From: a virus
Taxonomy: Duplodnaviria; Caudoviricetes
Length of the DNA: 64,000 nt
Reading direction: 5' to 3' (one strand)
Virus record (IMG/VR): IMGVR_UViG_3300020576_002312
Coordinates: 1 to 64,000 of that record
A program made the position numbers and the translations under genes. The number at the start of each line of letters is the position of its first letter. Within the stretch, counting starts at the first letter, position 1. The notes under the pieces were generated by a model, which saw nothing but the letters and a program-made list of their open reading frames with translations, had not been told where the DNA came from and searched no databases. Positions 45,978 through 56,835 of this stretch are shown piece by piece.

Positions 45978-46420
45978 TGCTGATTTAACTGACAGTTATA
46001 GTCGTAGGTTAGCAAAAGAAATATTTAAGCAGAATAAAGATTGCCCCGAAAGAGGTGGTGTTAATTTGTCCGATAACTACGAACCATTAACTGTCAGCCC
46101 ATCCTCTTAGGGGTTTCTCTTTTTAGATGGGGGATATTGGTTCAGCAACCATAAATCATCATAACTGAAACATGATAGCTAATAACATGTCAAAAGTATT
46201 AATAGCATTGCCGATCAAAGGCAACAGGGAGTGTGACCTGTATAAACATTACACGCCAAAACAAAACAAAATAAAATAAAGCGAAACGAAATGAAACGAG
46301 CGAAATGACGGGGTAGTATCTCTCATGCGATTAAGCATGGGGGGTAGGGGGGCATACTACCCCTGAATGAGCGAGTGAGTGAGTGAGCGAGCAAGTGTGA
46401 ATCTTTTCTCCCTGAAAAGT
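45978..46420 (+). ncRNA. candidate structured non-coding region
   Basis: Promoter box 45970; stems CTGACAGTTA/TAACTGTCAG, TCGTAG/CTACGA, CCCATC/GATGGG, GGGGTAGTAT/ATACTACCCC; GAGT/GAGC repeats. Confidence 0.4.
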
Positions 46421-46570
46421 AATGATTATCAAAACTAAAGTTGATTAAGTTAAACCTTGTAAAGTTATAATACTTATTCTCTTTTAGGACTAAGACTACA
46501 ATGGGGTGCTATGGAGTAAAGTGACTTGTCCTTAAAAAGCACTATCTTTGTAAGGTAAATCAGTTCTCTC

Positions 46571-49500
46571 ATGGAAGATAAGACAAAATTACTTTACGAT
46601 AAACTATCCGAGCAGGGGTTATATACTAAATCCTTTGACGAGTTCACTACTCAGTTCAGCGACCCAAGTAAGAGAGAACTACTGCATAGTGCGTTAGGGA
46701 AGCAGGGATTGTACACCAAGACCTTTGATGAGTTCAACGCACAGTTCTTCCCTGTTGAAAAAAAAAAAGACACTTCGGAAAGCGATGGACTTCCTTCTTC
46801 GGATATTCCATCAAAGATAGGGCAAGAAGTATCAAAGAAGCCACTCGAAGATTTTACAACTCAACCATCACAGTCAACATCGACTGAACAGCCGTCTGTC
46901 TTAGGGGAATTAGGTCTTACTCTTGAGACACCAAAGCCTACCGGATTCCATGAAGAAAATATCGGGACAAGAGGATTGCAATATCTTTCAGGGCAAACAC
47001 CTGATGTTATCGGCAATGAATTAACAAGAAAACAAAAGCAGTTAGAGAACATTCCGAGTACTGAATTAAAAAACTCAGACGGAACTATTAAACTTGCAAC
47101 ACCCAAATCACTTGTAGAAGATTACTTTAATTTCAAGTCCATTCCACGAGATAATTCCCAGGCAAATACCGCAGGTGAGGCTGTTATGTCCGTACCAAAA
47201 GAGTTAAGCAATGCCTTTGGACGTATGTTTGATGATATGGCAACCGCAGGACGAGCAGTAGAGAAGGGATTTGCACAGATATTCTTAGGCAAAAAAGGTT
47301 CGGATGCCTACATGAAAGCCAAAGATGCGGGTACATTTTCTGCACCTAACTCTATGTCTGCACGACCCGCAGAGAGTTTATCTACTTTCTTATCGGAATC
47401 AACTAAGAATCTCAAGTACATGCCCGAAGGACTTGGGGGCAGTGTTGCAAAAGGGATGATTGATATTGTTCCTGATATCGCAGCCACGTTGATATTTCCC
47501 GAAGGTAAAGTATTCTCTATCGCACCAAAGATAGGGCTTAACCTTGGTAAGTTCGGGATGGAACAAGCCATACGAGGCTATGCACAAGGTATAGGTGAGA
47601 GTAATGGTCAGTTTGGTTTGCAGTTAAAGATGCCCGTTGTTAGAGCGATAGAAAAGGGTGCAATGGGATGGATGTACGAAACAGCAGGAGGATTAAATCA
47701 GAAATTTGCGGGTAACATAGCAAATAGACTATTCCCTAACGCTAGCACCGTTTCAGAATCTATAAATAAGTCTTTATTAGAGCACGGGACGGTATCTACC
47801 CTTGATGGACTTACATTTGGGGGGCTTGGTTCGCTTGATGAGTTATTACGCACGGGAAAGATTACAAGCAAAACATTCCTTGAAGGCTTTGGTATGGGCG
47901 TGGGATTCCATGCTGTAAATGGCTTTCAGTTACTTGGAGCGAGAGCATACACTACTCTTTTAGGGATGCCATCAGAAGGTATCACAAGACTTGCTACAAG
48001 TGGTACAAGTGCTGAAGAACTAAATAAGCAGGCAGACGAAAAGATAAACCTTATTGAGACAAAACAGTCACAGAACCCCGAAGGTGATGCGGTGATGGCG
48101 TTCATGCTTAAAAAGACTGCACAGGCGAAAGCAATGGCAGAGGAAGTCCTTACTAATAAAGATGAGGTCATTGCCGATATAAAAGCTAACGTAACTGATA
48201 AGAAGGCACAAGAAGTCCTTACTGATAAAATCAACGAGGTAGATGCCGACAATGACCCAAAGGTACAGGCAACAAAAGAAATCAACGACAAGATTGCAAA
48301 GATAGACGAACAACTTGAAACAATCAAGTCAAATAAATCATGGGATGATGCGAGGAAAGAGGTAGAGTCTGCACCATTGAAAGAGCAGAAGCAGGCGTTG
48401 AAAGACGAGGCTATCGCCACTCTTAACAAACCCATCGAAACCGAGTTTAAACTTGGGGATAAATCTTTCAAGACAGAGAAGGAACTCACCGACTGGCTTG
48501 ATAAAAACTACAACGAAGAAGATAGATTCACATCGGTTAACGAGGATGGTTATCTTGAACCCAATACCATGAAGGTATTCAATAAATGGTATAAAGAAAA
48601 TAAGCCAAGACTCGCACAGGAACACCTTGATAAGATTGAGCAGTCAAGACCTCCGAAAGACGTTACTTTTATAGGGAAACAAGAAGGGGAAACACCCGAA
48701 GAAAGCCTTGACCTTTATAATGTAAAAGTAGGCGGCCAAGAAGCTACCTTTGCAGTACCAAGTGGCAGTGGAAGGGATGTTATCGAAGCGAAGAAACAAG
48801 CGACCATTGATAAGTTCAAACCCGCAGAGAGCAAAGAATCTATTCCTTTAGTAGAAGAAAAGACTGATGGCTCTACGGGGGATAAGGTATCTTATTTAAC
48901 AGATGAACAAGCAACTCGTATAGGTGAAAAATTAGGACTTACCAAAGAACAAGTATTAGCGGATTCTCCGTCTAATATAGATTTCGTTTATGATCCCAAA
49001 AATAAAGTGTACCCTATTGTAAAAGCAATAATAGATGAAATAGGGAAAAAACCAAAGTCATCCTTAGAGGAGAGTAAACCAATCCTTGAAGAGAATAATA
49101 ACTCTAGCGGGGATAGCAAACCATCACTTACTGATAATAAAGTAGAAGAAGTACTTTCCAAGGGTGACGAGATAAAAGCCAAGCAAGAAGTGGTCAAGGG
49201 GAAGATAGCCGACAACCTCGACAATCTAATGAGTGCTATCGGGGGAATCAAGAATATCACGGGCGATCAAAGAGTGAAGGTGCTTAGTGAATTAGCAGAC
49301 CTCGCAAAGAATATAGCTGAATTAACTTCTCTTAAAGGAGAACAACTTTGGAATGAAGTAAAGAAATATCTTGACGAGAGAAAGATTACCCTGCCTGACG
49401 ATTTGATTTCTGAGTCAAAAACAAGCATTATTGATACATACAAAGAAAAAACTACTGAGAAGGGTAGTGAAGTATCAGCCGAGGAGAAAATAAGCGAAAA

Positions 49501-52500
49501 GTCGTCAGGGGATAAGAAAAACGCTAATAATCCCGATGTTCGTCAAATGGAGGTTGCTCGTAAAGCCGTTGATGAATCAATGTTGCTTTCTGATGACACG
49601 AAACAAGACCTCCGAGATCAAGGGATAGAGTATGCGGTACAGAAAGACTCAGCACTTGATTCTGAGGTTGAGGAGATGGTTAAGATATATGGCAAGGACG
49701 TTGCGGGACTTGACCAAATGCAAGCACTGATAACCAAAGAAGACAATAAGTTAAGCGGGGATAGACGTAACTGGCTTACTGCATTGCTTATCAAGGAACG
49801 TGCAAAACAGATTGAGATAGCACCCGACTTTGCAAGTAAAGTAGCGGAGAAGAAAAAACTTACTGACCTTATCATATTCGCATCAAACAAGGGTGTGTTC
49901 TCAGGACGGGAAACAAGGTCATTCAAAAAGATAGGTGAGGCACTTGAACTTTATCCCGAAGCAATAAAAGCATCGGTCATCGCTAAGATAGACCAAAAGA
50001 ACAAAGAGTTTTTTGACGGCAATGGTCTTGAGAAGATGATTAAAGAGGAAGTAGCTAATTTCTTTAAGGATAAACCACAGAGTAAACCACAAGAGGATAT
50101 TCCTGATATAGATGTTTCAAAAGCTAAGTTAGCAAGAGTACAGGCAGATAGAAAAGAGATACTTGCAAAACTTAAAGAGAGTTTTAAGAAACCAAGTGGT
50201 ACATTATCGTCAAGCGTAATCCCCCTAAGTGCAGAACAGGTAGAGTTAGTTGTTAAACTTGTAGGGAACTATATTGAGGAAGGTGCTTTAAGAACCGAAA
50301 AGGTAGTAAGAAAATTACGCAAGGATTGGGAAGAAATCACAGGCGAAAAGATTACAGATGAGGATGCGTTAAAACTACTCCCTAAAGAGGTGAATGGAAG
50401 GACTATCGAGCAGTGGGATGCCGAGGGTAGAAAACCAAGAGTAGAAAAACAGGGTAAGCCCCCACGTAAACTGAGTACTAAGTCTAAACCGACACCCACA
50501 GAAGAAGAACTTACCAATAGGCTTTTAAAGAAAGCGGGGAAGATAGCAACAAAGAAACAACTTGAAAACTTTGTAAAGAAATACCTTACTGAGATAGCCA
50601 ACAAAGGATTACTTACTGACCAAGAGTTCAGGAGTGTACTAGCAGAGGCACTTGGAAAAGATTATGTTTCAGGACAATCAGAAGGTAAGATAGACGAGGC
50701 AGCGAAGGCAGTTAGCAAATCAAATGAGAAACTTGGTTTACTGCAAAAAGCGTTTGACGATTGGAAGACCGAATATAATAACGACCCCAAATCACCTAAA
50801 TTAGCAGACTTACGTAAGGCACTTGACAGTGCTATTAAGGATGCCGATAATGCAATGTCTGATGCCAAAAGAAAGTATCAGTTTGTTCAGAGTATGTTAC
50901 AGGAAGAACCCGACTTTGTATCTAAATTAGGAACAATGATACAGGGGGGATTGCTTATCCCGTCATCACAGGTCGCAAATATTCTTGGTAACGTGGCATT
51001 GTTACCTGAGACTGGCCCTGCTTACATGCTATCAGGTGCATTTGATGCACTGACAGCTAAAACGGGCGAGGGTATGCAACAATTAATTTCTAAAGTAGAT
51101 CCCGTTAAACATCCTTGGTTATACAGAAAACTTAACGCATGGACACCGAGCGATAAGAGAACCATTCTTCCAGGAGAATATGCCAAAGGATATGCAAGGG
51201 GATTTGGTCATAACTTTCTTGAGGGGGTAAAACAAACATTCTCAGTAGAAGGGCCAGTAGGCACAGAGTTAATGAAAGGCAGTGTTCAAAGAGGCGTACA
51301 TCCGATTGATGCTTTTATGCACCTTTATAAAACAGCAACAAAGGAAGAACAGCGAACACTACAACAACTTGCAGGTGATTTAATGGAAGCATTGCCCGCA
51401 GGATATATGGCTAATGCCCAGTTTAGGGGATTGAATATGTTTGACCTTCCATTCAGGGGTGCGGGTGAATCGGGTATTCTCTATGAAGCATTTGGAATAA
51501 AACGCAGAGAACAGATTAAACAAGCCAATCAAATAACGGATAAAGCCGAGAGAGAAAAGAAACTTAAATATTTAGAGGACACAGAGGATGTCGCAAGAGA
51601 AGAGTTCTATCGCAATCCCGACAAAACAACGCTTGAACTTGCAAAGAGACAGGGTGCAAAGGGTACGTTCTCTCAGAATACAGCATTAAGTAATGCAATA
51701 AATAGTTTTGAGAGGTTTGCTAAAGATCAAAGCGGTTCGGTAGCAGAGACGGCAGTAAATACCGGATTAAGGATGCTTAAAATGCTTAACATGCCTTATG
51801 TGACCGTTCCTATAAATATCATGGGTAAGTCCCTTGAAATGTCTATACCGATCTTTCCTGCGTATAAAATGATAAACCATATTGCTAAAGCGGGGATGGC
51901 AAAAGAGAAAGGGCATTATGCCGTTGCTGACTCATATAGGCGTATGGCAATGGAAGATTTCGGTAATGCGATAGTAGCGGGTGCGGTAACAACACTTGCC
52001 ACTTCACTTGCAATGGCAGGGGTAATAAGAGGTAATAGTGATGATAAGGACGTTAAGGCAGCGCAACAGGATATAGGCAAGGAAGGATTAAGGTTTAATG
52101 CCGATGCTTTCCGTAGGTGGAGAAATGGGGAAGACCCAACATGGCAGGATGGCGATGATACTTATTCTTTAAGGAGACTTGGTGTATTCTCAGTTCAACT
52201 TGGGGCTATTGCACAGGCGATAGGGGAAAAGACACCCGAAGAACTTGAGAAGATGAAGAACCTTGGATTGATAGAGAAACAAGCGCAGATTGGGGCTAAT
52301 ATGTTGAAATACGCACCAACGATAGCACTTGAGCAGTCTATTATGACAGGGGTTAATAATATGGTTCAGGGATTAATGGGTAGTGAGGCTGAGAAAGATA
52401 AGTGGGTAGTAGGCATGGCAGGTGCATTATCAAGTGCAGTCTATCCGAATACAATGGGGAATATCAGTCAGTCCCTTGATGGTTATTATCGTGAGACGAG

Positions 52501-53320
52501 AGATTTGAGTAAGGATGAGAGTAAGATAACCGCACAGTTAAAAAACACTTTCAAGGATAGAATGTTCGGTAGTGATAAGCTCCCAACAAAAGTATCTATA
52601 TGGGGTCAAAAGATACGTAGAATCCCCGAAGGTGAGAATCCTGTTCTTTACGGAATACTCGGCATAGCAAAACATAAAGAATATCAACAATACTCATTCG
52701 GTGCTGAGTTATACGACTTCTACGAGAAGATGAAAGAGACTAACCCTGATGATGCAAAGAACTTATTTCCTACATTACCAACAGCCCGCACAGAGGTTGG
52801 ATGGGATGATGCTAAGATGAGTCCCGAACAGGTACAGCAATATCAAGAGAGAGTAGGTCAGTTAAGGGCGCAAGAAGCAGAAACATATTTTAACTCTAAA
52901 GAGTGGGATGAGGCAGATGACGAGGATAAAATAGCACAACTCACAAGGATATATAGTAAGGCACGTAAGACAGCCGAGGCAGAGTTGTTTTCATGGTTAG
53001 GAATGAAGCAGTCTAAGCCAGATGATTGGAAGATACTTGTGGACAATGAGGCATTACCAATCCCCGTAGTGACCAAAAAACTCGGAGAGCATAAACTAAA
53101 TAACAATGACATTAAGCAGTATAATGATATTGCTCTTCAGTTCTACGCAGATGAGGTAGTACCTATGTTGAAGGACATGACTCCCGATGATATTAAAGAA
53201 ATGAAAACACCTGATCCCGAAACAGGTATATCACCTTGGACTATTACAATGAATAAACTATGGTCGGCATCAATAAGAGGGGCGAAGGGCGTATATCTTG
53301 AATCCTTGAGTGAGAAATAG
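46571..53320 (+). CDS. giant internal virion (cargo/ejection) protein, large polyvalent-like
   Basis: 2249 aa; duplicated N-terminal GLYTKxFDEF motif; helical; C-terminal hydrophobic region; no RNAP motif seen. Confidence 0.7.
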   Translation: MEDKTKLLYDKLSEQGLYTKSFDEFTTQFSDPSKRELLHSALGKQGLYTKTFDEFNAQFFPVEKKKDTSESDGLPSSDIPSKIGQEVSKKPLEDFTTQPSQSTSTEQPSVLGELGLTLETPKPTGFHEENIGTRGLQYLSGQTPDVIGNELTRKQKQLENIPSTELKNSDGTIKLATPKSLVEDYFNFKSIPRDNSQANTAGEAVMSVPKELSNAFGRMFDDMATAGRAVEKGFAQIFLGKKGSDAYMKAKDAGTFSAPNSMSARPAESLSTFLSESTKNLKYMPEGLGGSVAKGMIDIVPDIAATLIFPEGKVFSIAPKIGLNLGKFGMEQAIRGYAQGIGESNGQFGLQLKMPVVRAIEKGAMGWMYETAGGLNQKFAGNIANRLFPNASTVSESINKSLLEHGTVSTLDGLTFGGLGSLDELLRTGKITSKTFLEGFGMGVGFHAVNGFQLLGARAYTTLLGMPSEGITRLATSGTSAEELNKQADEKINLIETKQSQNPEGDAVMAFMLKKTAQAKAMAEEVLTNKDEVIADIKANVTDKKAQEVLTDKINEVDADNDPKVQATKEINDKIAKIDEQLETIKSNKSWDDARKEVESAPLKEQKQALKDEAIATLNKPIETEFKLGDKSFKTEKELTDWLDKNYNEEDRFTSVNEDGYLEPNTMKVFNKWYKENKPRLAQEHLDKIEQSRPPKDVTFIGKQEGETPEESLDLYNVKVGGQEATFAVPSGSGRDVIEAKKQATIDKFKPAESKESIPLVEEKTDGSTGDKVSYLTDEQATRIGEKLGLTKEQVLADSPSNIDFVYDPKNKVYPIVKAIIDEIGKKPKSSLEESKPILEENNNSSGDSKPSLTDNKVEEVLSKGDEIKAKQEVVKGKIADNLDNLMSAIGGIKNITGDQRVKVLSELADLAKNIAELTSLKGEQLWNEVKKYLDERKITLPDDLISESKTSIIDTYKEKTTEKGSEVSAEEKISEKSSGDKKNANNPDVRQMEVARKAVDESMLLSDDTKQDLRDQGIEYAVQKDSALDSEVEEMVKIYGKDVAGLDQMQALITKEDNKLSGDRRNWLTALLIKERAKQIEIAPDFASKVAEKKKLTDLIIFASNKGVFSGRETRSFKKIGEALELYPEAIKASVIAKIDQKNKEFFDGNGLEKMIKEEVANFFKDKPQSKPQEDIPDIDVSKAKLARVQADRKEILAKLKESFKKPSGTLSSSVIPLSAEQVELVVKLVGNYIEEGALRTEKVVRKLRKDWEEITGEKITDEDALKLLPKEVNGRTIEQWDAEGRKPRVEKQGKPPRKLSTKSKPTPTEEELTNRLLKKAGKIATKKQLENFVKKYLTEIANKGLLTDQEFRSVLAEALGKDYVSGQSEGKIDEAAKAVSKSNEKLGLLQKAFDDWKTEYNNDPKSPKLADLRKALDSAIKDADNAMSDAKRKYQFVQSMLQEEPDFVSKLGTMIQGGLLIPSSQVANILGNVALLPETGPAYMLSGAFDALTAKTGEGMQQLISKVDPVKHPWLYRKLNAWTPSDKRTILPGEYAKGYARGFGHNFLEGVKQTFSVEGPVGTELMKGSVQRGVHPIDAFMHLYKTATKEEQRTLQQLAGDLMEALPAGYMANAQFRGLNMFDLPFRGAGESGILYEAFGIKRREQIKQANQITDKAEREKKLKYLEDTEDVAREEFYRNPDKTTLELAKRQGAKGTFSQNTALSNAINSFERFAKDQSGSVAETAVNTGLRMLKMLNMPYVTVPINIMGKSLEMSIPIFPAYKMINHIAKAGMAKEKGHYAVADSYRRMAMEDFGNAIVAGAVTTLATSLAMAGVIRGNSDDKDVKAAQQDIGKEGLRFNADAFRRWRNGEDPTWQDGDDTYSLRRLGVFSVQLGAIAQAIGEKTPEELEKMKNLGLIEKQAQIGANMLKYAPTIALEQSIMTGVNNMVQGLMGSEAEKDKWVVGMAGALSSAVYPNTMGNISQSLDGYYRETRDLSKDESKITAQLKNTFKDRMFGSDKLPTKVSIWGQKIRRIPEGENPVLYGILGIAKHKEYQQYSFGAELYDFYEKMKETNPDDAKNLFPTLPTARTEVGWDDAKMSPEQVQQYQERVGQLRAQEAETYFNSKEWDEADDEDKIAQLTRIYSKARKTAEAELFSWLGMKQSKPDDWKILVDNEALPIPVVTKKLGEHKLNNNDIKQYNDIALQFYADEVVPMLKDMTPDDIKEMKTPDPETGISPWTITMNKLWSASIRGAKGVYLESLSEK

Positions 53321-53368
53321 ACAAAAGAAAGAATAATCGTATCTTTGTAATCTAAAATACAAGTAAAA

Positions 53369-53698
53369 ATGAGCAAACTTACAGATCAGGAGGGTAGAAG
53401 TTTAGAACTAATCCTCGATAACTTCAAATATGTTTCTATCGCAGCAGCTAACTTCGCACCCACGGGTATCTATCTTGAGAAAGGGTTCTATGTGATGCCT
53501 CACTCTGACGGCACTATCTACGGCATTACATGGCGTGACTATAGGGCAAACAACAATAGCTTTACGGGGCTTACTCCGAGTATTTACAAGGGGCTTGATG
53601 CACAATGGATACCTGTTAGATTTGTTCGTATCTACGCAAGTAACGATGGCACATACCCAAGTATTCCTACGACTATAAATTACAGCGTGCCTTTATAG
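53369..53698 (+). CDS. putative head-spike base protein (RcGTA Rcc01079-like)
   Basis: WIPVRFVRIYA motif; precedes a gene beginning MPSIGIGIG. Confidence 0.5.
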   Translation: MSKLTDQEGRSLELILDNFKYVSIAAANFAPTGIYLEKGFYVMPHSDGTIYGITWRDYRANNNSFTGLTPSIYKGLDAQWIPVRFVRIYASNDGTYPSIPTTINYSVPL

Positions 53699-53766
53699 GT
53701 TAGTGCCTTGGAAAGTTCAAATCTTCTTTTAAAGGAAAATAGGTTTATTAAAGAAAAACAAAGACT

Positions 53767-56172
53767 ATGCCAAGTATAGGTATCGGAATAGGGACACATA
53801 AATCTTCTGGCGTTTCAAAGTGGACGCCACTAAAGCCATTAGGGGGCGAGACTCCTAATCTTTGGCTGACATCCCGAAGCGGTCTTTCAATGGTTGATGC
53901 TATCGGGGGAAATAATGCTACAATAACACTGCCTACATTACAGCAATCGAATAACCCTTTGATATGTGTAGATAACGGCGGTTTAGATATTGGTGCTTCG
54001 GCTGGTGATTTTACTTTCGCAGTGAGATGTAAAAGCAATTCTACGCTAAAAACATCTTATCCCACAATAGGCGGGAAGGGAGTTAACGGTTCTGTGAATG
54101 GTATGTATTACTTCTATCAGAACATAACTACGGGCAAAATTCACTGGGTAATAAAACCGACAGGGACAGCAAAAGATACTGAAATAAATCTTGACTTCAC
54201 GGGGGCAGGATGGGTTCTTCTTTTGCTTGAAATAGACAAGACAGGTTCTGTTGGCAGGTGTTTTATTAATGGAGTTCAACAGGGAGCGGATGTAGCATAT
54301 ACTGGTACATGGTCAACAATGGCTAATCAATTTGAGTTCCTATTAGGGAAGGCTAATAATAATGCTGGAAGCGGATATGATTATGATATAGATTGTATTT
54401 ATTCAGAGGCATGGGTTTATAATAGGAAATTCACTTCTACTGAAAAGACAACAATAACAAATTTCGGGCATATAACAGACTTAACGGGAGAACGGGCGCA
54501 CTGGATATGCGATAATATTAACCCTAGAGATTTAAGCGGGAATGGTTATCATTTGAATACTCTTGACGGCACTTCGGCAAATACAAGCAGACTTTATTCA
54601 AGCCAGGGTTCTCGTTATCTTTTGGATAAAGGGTATTCACGATATGGTTTTTCTGGAAGTTCAATTAAGGAAGATAAGTATGTAGGTTATAAGGGGGATG
54701 GAACTGCATTAGTTTCTTCGGGACTTATTGCTGGATATTCTAAAATTACAGATCATACAGGTAATATGGGTCAGCACAATCTCGCAGATAGTTACTTGAC
54801 TTTTGTTGGTGCTAATTGGAGTAGGGATAATACTACTATCTTCGGAGAGATGGCACGACAAACGGCAGCGATGACAGGGGAAAGAAGCTGGTATTTGTCA
54901 GGTACTCCGAAGTTATGGCACTCATCAGAATTTAATAGGGTTAAACTTAATTCGTATTTCAATTCTTCTTATAAGGGTATTGCTTTTCCGAGAGTAGTCG
55001 GGGGTAACTCGGTTGATAATAGAGTCGGTTATCTTGAAATACTTGGTTATGCCTCAAATAAAACGGGGGCAGATTATAACAAAGCATTAACATATACAGG
55101 AGATAGGGGCCATTCATGGGATATTTCCTACTTCTTTAGTGATACTCATTACTGTACAACAAGGGGAAATAAAATACTCGCTTATGATGGTACGACAACA
55201 TTCTCATTAAGTAATGACAAAGGAGCAACTTTCCCCATTACAAAGTCAGTTGCAGGGTATAGCGGTGGATCATGTCAAATGGCATGGATAACCGCATCAG
55301 GGAATATTTATTTCGGAAGTAAAACGAAGATGTATTATTCTTTTGATAGTCTTACTACTGTTACGGAAATGACAGTTCAGTCAGTTGGTGGCGGTGCTTT
55401 CGCTCCGGGGTCAAATGCAAACTTTACAAGGGTAAACCCTTCATCTTATATGACATTCGGTGGTTCGGAGGCTCTTATATGGGGTAACTATTCAATCACA
55501 ACGGGGTCAGATTATACGAATGCTAATGTCTGGCAGTTAAAGGACGGTGCTACTGTTCTAAGAAGTATCTATAATTATACTGGCCCGTCAAAACTAGCAA
55601 GGCATACCGAGAATATCTTTCAGGCAGCCGATGAATCTGTTTATATACAGACAGGAGATGGTAATGGGTATATAAATATCTTAAAGGGTATTTGTAATAA
55701 CCTCAATACATACGACTGGACGTTCTCTTCAATCAGTCCGTCTAATACAAACGAGGGATTCTGGCATTGGGCTGGAGGGTCTTATTATAACGGGTATCTA
55801 TACGCAGGGGTCGAGCTTACTCCAAATCAAGGAATATGGAGAGCTTTATATTCAGATGATTTAACAAATACAGCATCATACAAGAGACTGAATACATTAC
55901 CATTGATGGTTATAAATATGATTGGTAATGGGAAAACACTTATTGCGTCAGACGGACAGGCTAAGAACTTGGCGATAAGTAATAACGGACTTGATTGCTA
56001 TATGTTCAGAATTGTCGGTGGTGCTGATCTTGCAGGGTTCGAGGGGGGGTATTTTGGTTTTGATCCCCCAAATAGTGACGGGTATTTTATGGGTCAAATA
56101 CTCGCAAATGGAGAAACTTGGGAAGATCCGACAACAGGTCAAGTAATAATGTTAAAGATAGTAGACGAATAA
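53767..56172 (+). CDS. spike/fibre protein with LamG-like lectin domain and Asp-box beta-propeller
   Basis: N-terminal IGIGIG; LamG pattern (WVLLLL..FINGVQ..AWVYNR); SNDKGATF Asp-box. Confidence 0.7.
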   Translation: MPSIGIGIGTHKSSGVSKWTPLKPLGGETPNLWLTSRSGLSMVDAIGGNNATITLPTLQQSNNPLICVDNGGLDIGASAGDFTFAVRCKSNSTLKTSYPTIGGKGVNGSVNGMYYFYQNITTGKIHWVIKPTGTAKDTEINLDFTGAGWVLLLLEIDKTGSVGRCFINGVQQGADVAYTGTWSTMANQFEFLLGKANNNAGSGYDYDIDCIYSEAWVYNRKFTSTEKTTITNFGHITDLTGERAHWICDNINPRDLSGNGYHLNTLDGTSANTSRLYSSQGSRYLLDKGYSRYGFSGSSIKEDKYVGYKGDGTALVSSGLIAGYSKITDHTGNMGQHNLADSYLTFVGANWSRDNTTIFGEMARQTAAMTGERSWYLSGTPKLWHSSEFNRVKLNSYFNSSYKGIAFPRVVGGNSVDNRVGYLEILGYASNKTGADYNKALTYTGDRGHSWDISYFFSDTHYCTTRGNKILAYDGTTTFSLSNDKGATFPITKSVAGYSGGSCQMAWITASGNIYFGSKTKMYYSFDSLTTVTEMTVQSVGGGAFAPGSNANFTRVNPSSYMTFGGSEALIWGNYSITTGSDYTNANVWQLKDGATVLRSIYNYTGPSKLARHTENIFQAADESVYIQTGDGNGYINILKGICNNLNTYDWTFSSISPSNTNEGFWHWAGGSYYNGYLYAGVELTPNQGIWRALYSDDLTNTASYKRLNTLPLMVINMIGNGKTLIASDGQAKNLAISNNGLDCYMFRIVGGADLAGFEGGYFGFDPPNSDGYFMGQILANGETWEDPTTGQVIMLKIVDE

Positions 56173-56191
56173 CCGATTAATATAACACACA

Positions 56192-56644
56192 ATGTCAGAA
56201 CATGAGAGTACCTTCATAGCACAACTGCAAGATGAGTTTAAGTCCTTTAAAGACGACATAGACAAGAGATATTCTCGTATGCAGGGATTTCTTATAAGTA
56301 TAATAGTGGTACTTATTGGTTCAAGTATCGCTGTCGGGTTTACCCACTTTACGAGGGATGGTGAGACACGCACAACCGTGGCTGACAATACGAAGAAGAT
56401 CGAGTATATAATGGATAACGCAATGTCACAAAAGGCTATCTCTGATATTCTGATGACATACGATAATAACACAAAGGCGATGGAGAAGTTTCTCCCTAAC
56501 GACATACAGGGTTACGTCAAAGCCACGGAAGAGGCTAATCGCAATATGAGAACATATATAATGATGTTTCAGGGAGGACTTAACATGAGAGGGGGAACGA
56601 CTGACGATCAAACTAAAGGTAATGGAGGAGGAGTTGACCAATGA
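56192..56644 (+). CDS. single-TM protein of lysis cluster
   Basis: TM FLISIIVVLIGSSIAVGF followed by coiled coil. Confidence 0.65.
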   Translation: MSEHESTFIAQLQDEFKSFKDDIDKRYSRMQGFLISIIVVLIGSSIAVGFTHFTRDGETRTTVADNTKKIEYIMDNAMSQKAISDILMTYDNNTKAMEKFLPNDIQGYVKATEEANRNMRTYIMMFQGGLNMRGGTTDDQTKGNGGGVDQ

Positions 56645-56835
56645 AAAAAGTATTAGCAGTAATTAAGAAAATCGGCAAAGGAATCATCGCAATTCTAAAA
56701 TGGGAAGAGTTCACATACGCATTCCCTTTGGGGATATTTGCATTAATAGCTTTTGTTAAATGGAGTCTATTGTTTGTAATCATTACAGCAATATGGTCTG
56801 CTCATATAATCCTTAAAACAAATGAAGAGAAGTGA
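56641..56835 (+). CDS. small membrane protein
   Basis: Hydrophobic; ATGA overlap. Confidence 0.6.
   Translation: MKKVLAVIKKIGKGIIAILKWEEFTYAFPLGIFALIAFVKWSLLFVIITAIWSAHIILKTNEEK

Noticed and set aside
46571-53320. Virion RNA polymerase in the 2249-aa protein
   Set aside because: The only DxDxD (EVDADNDP) lies in a charged helical region with no double-psi beta-barrel context or DFDID-type motif
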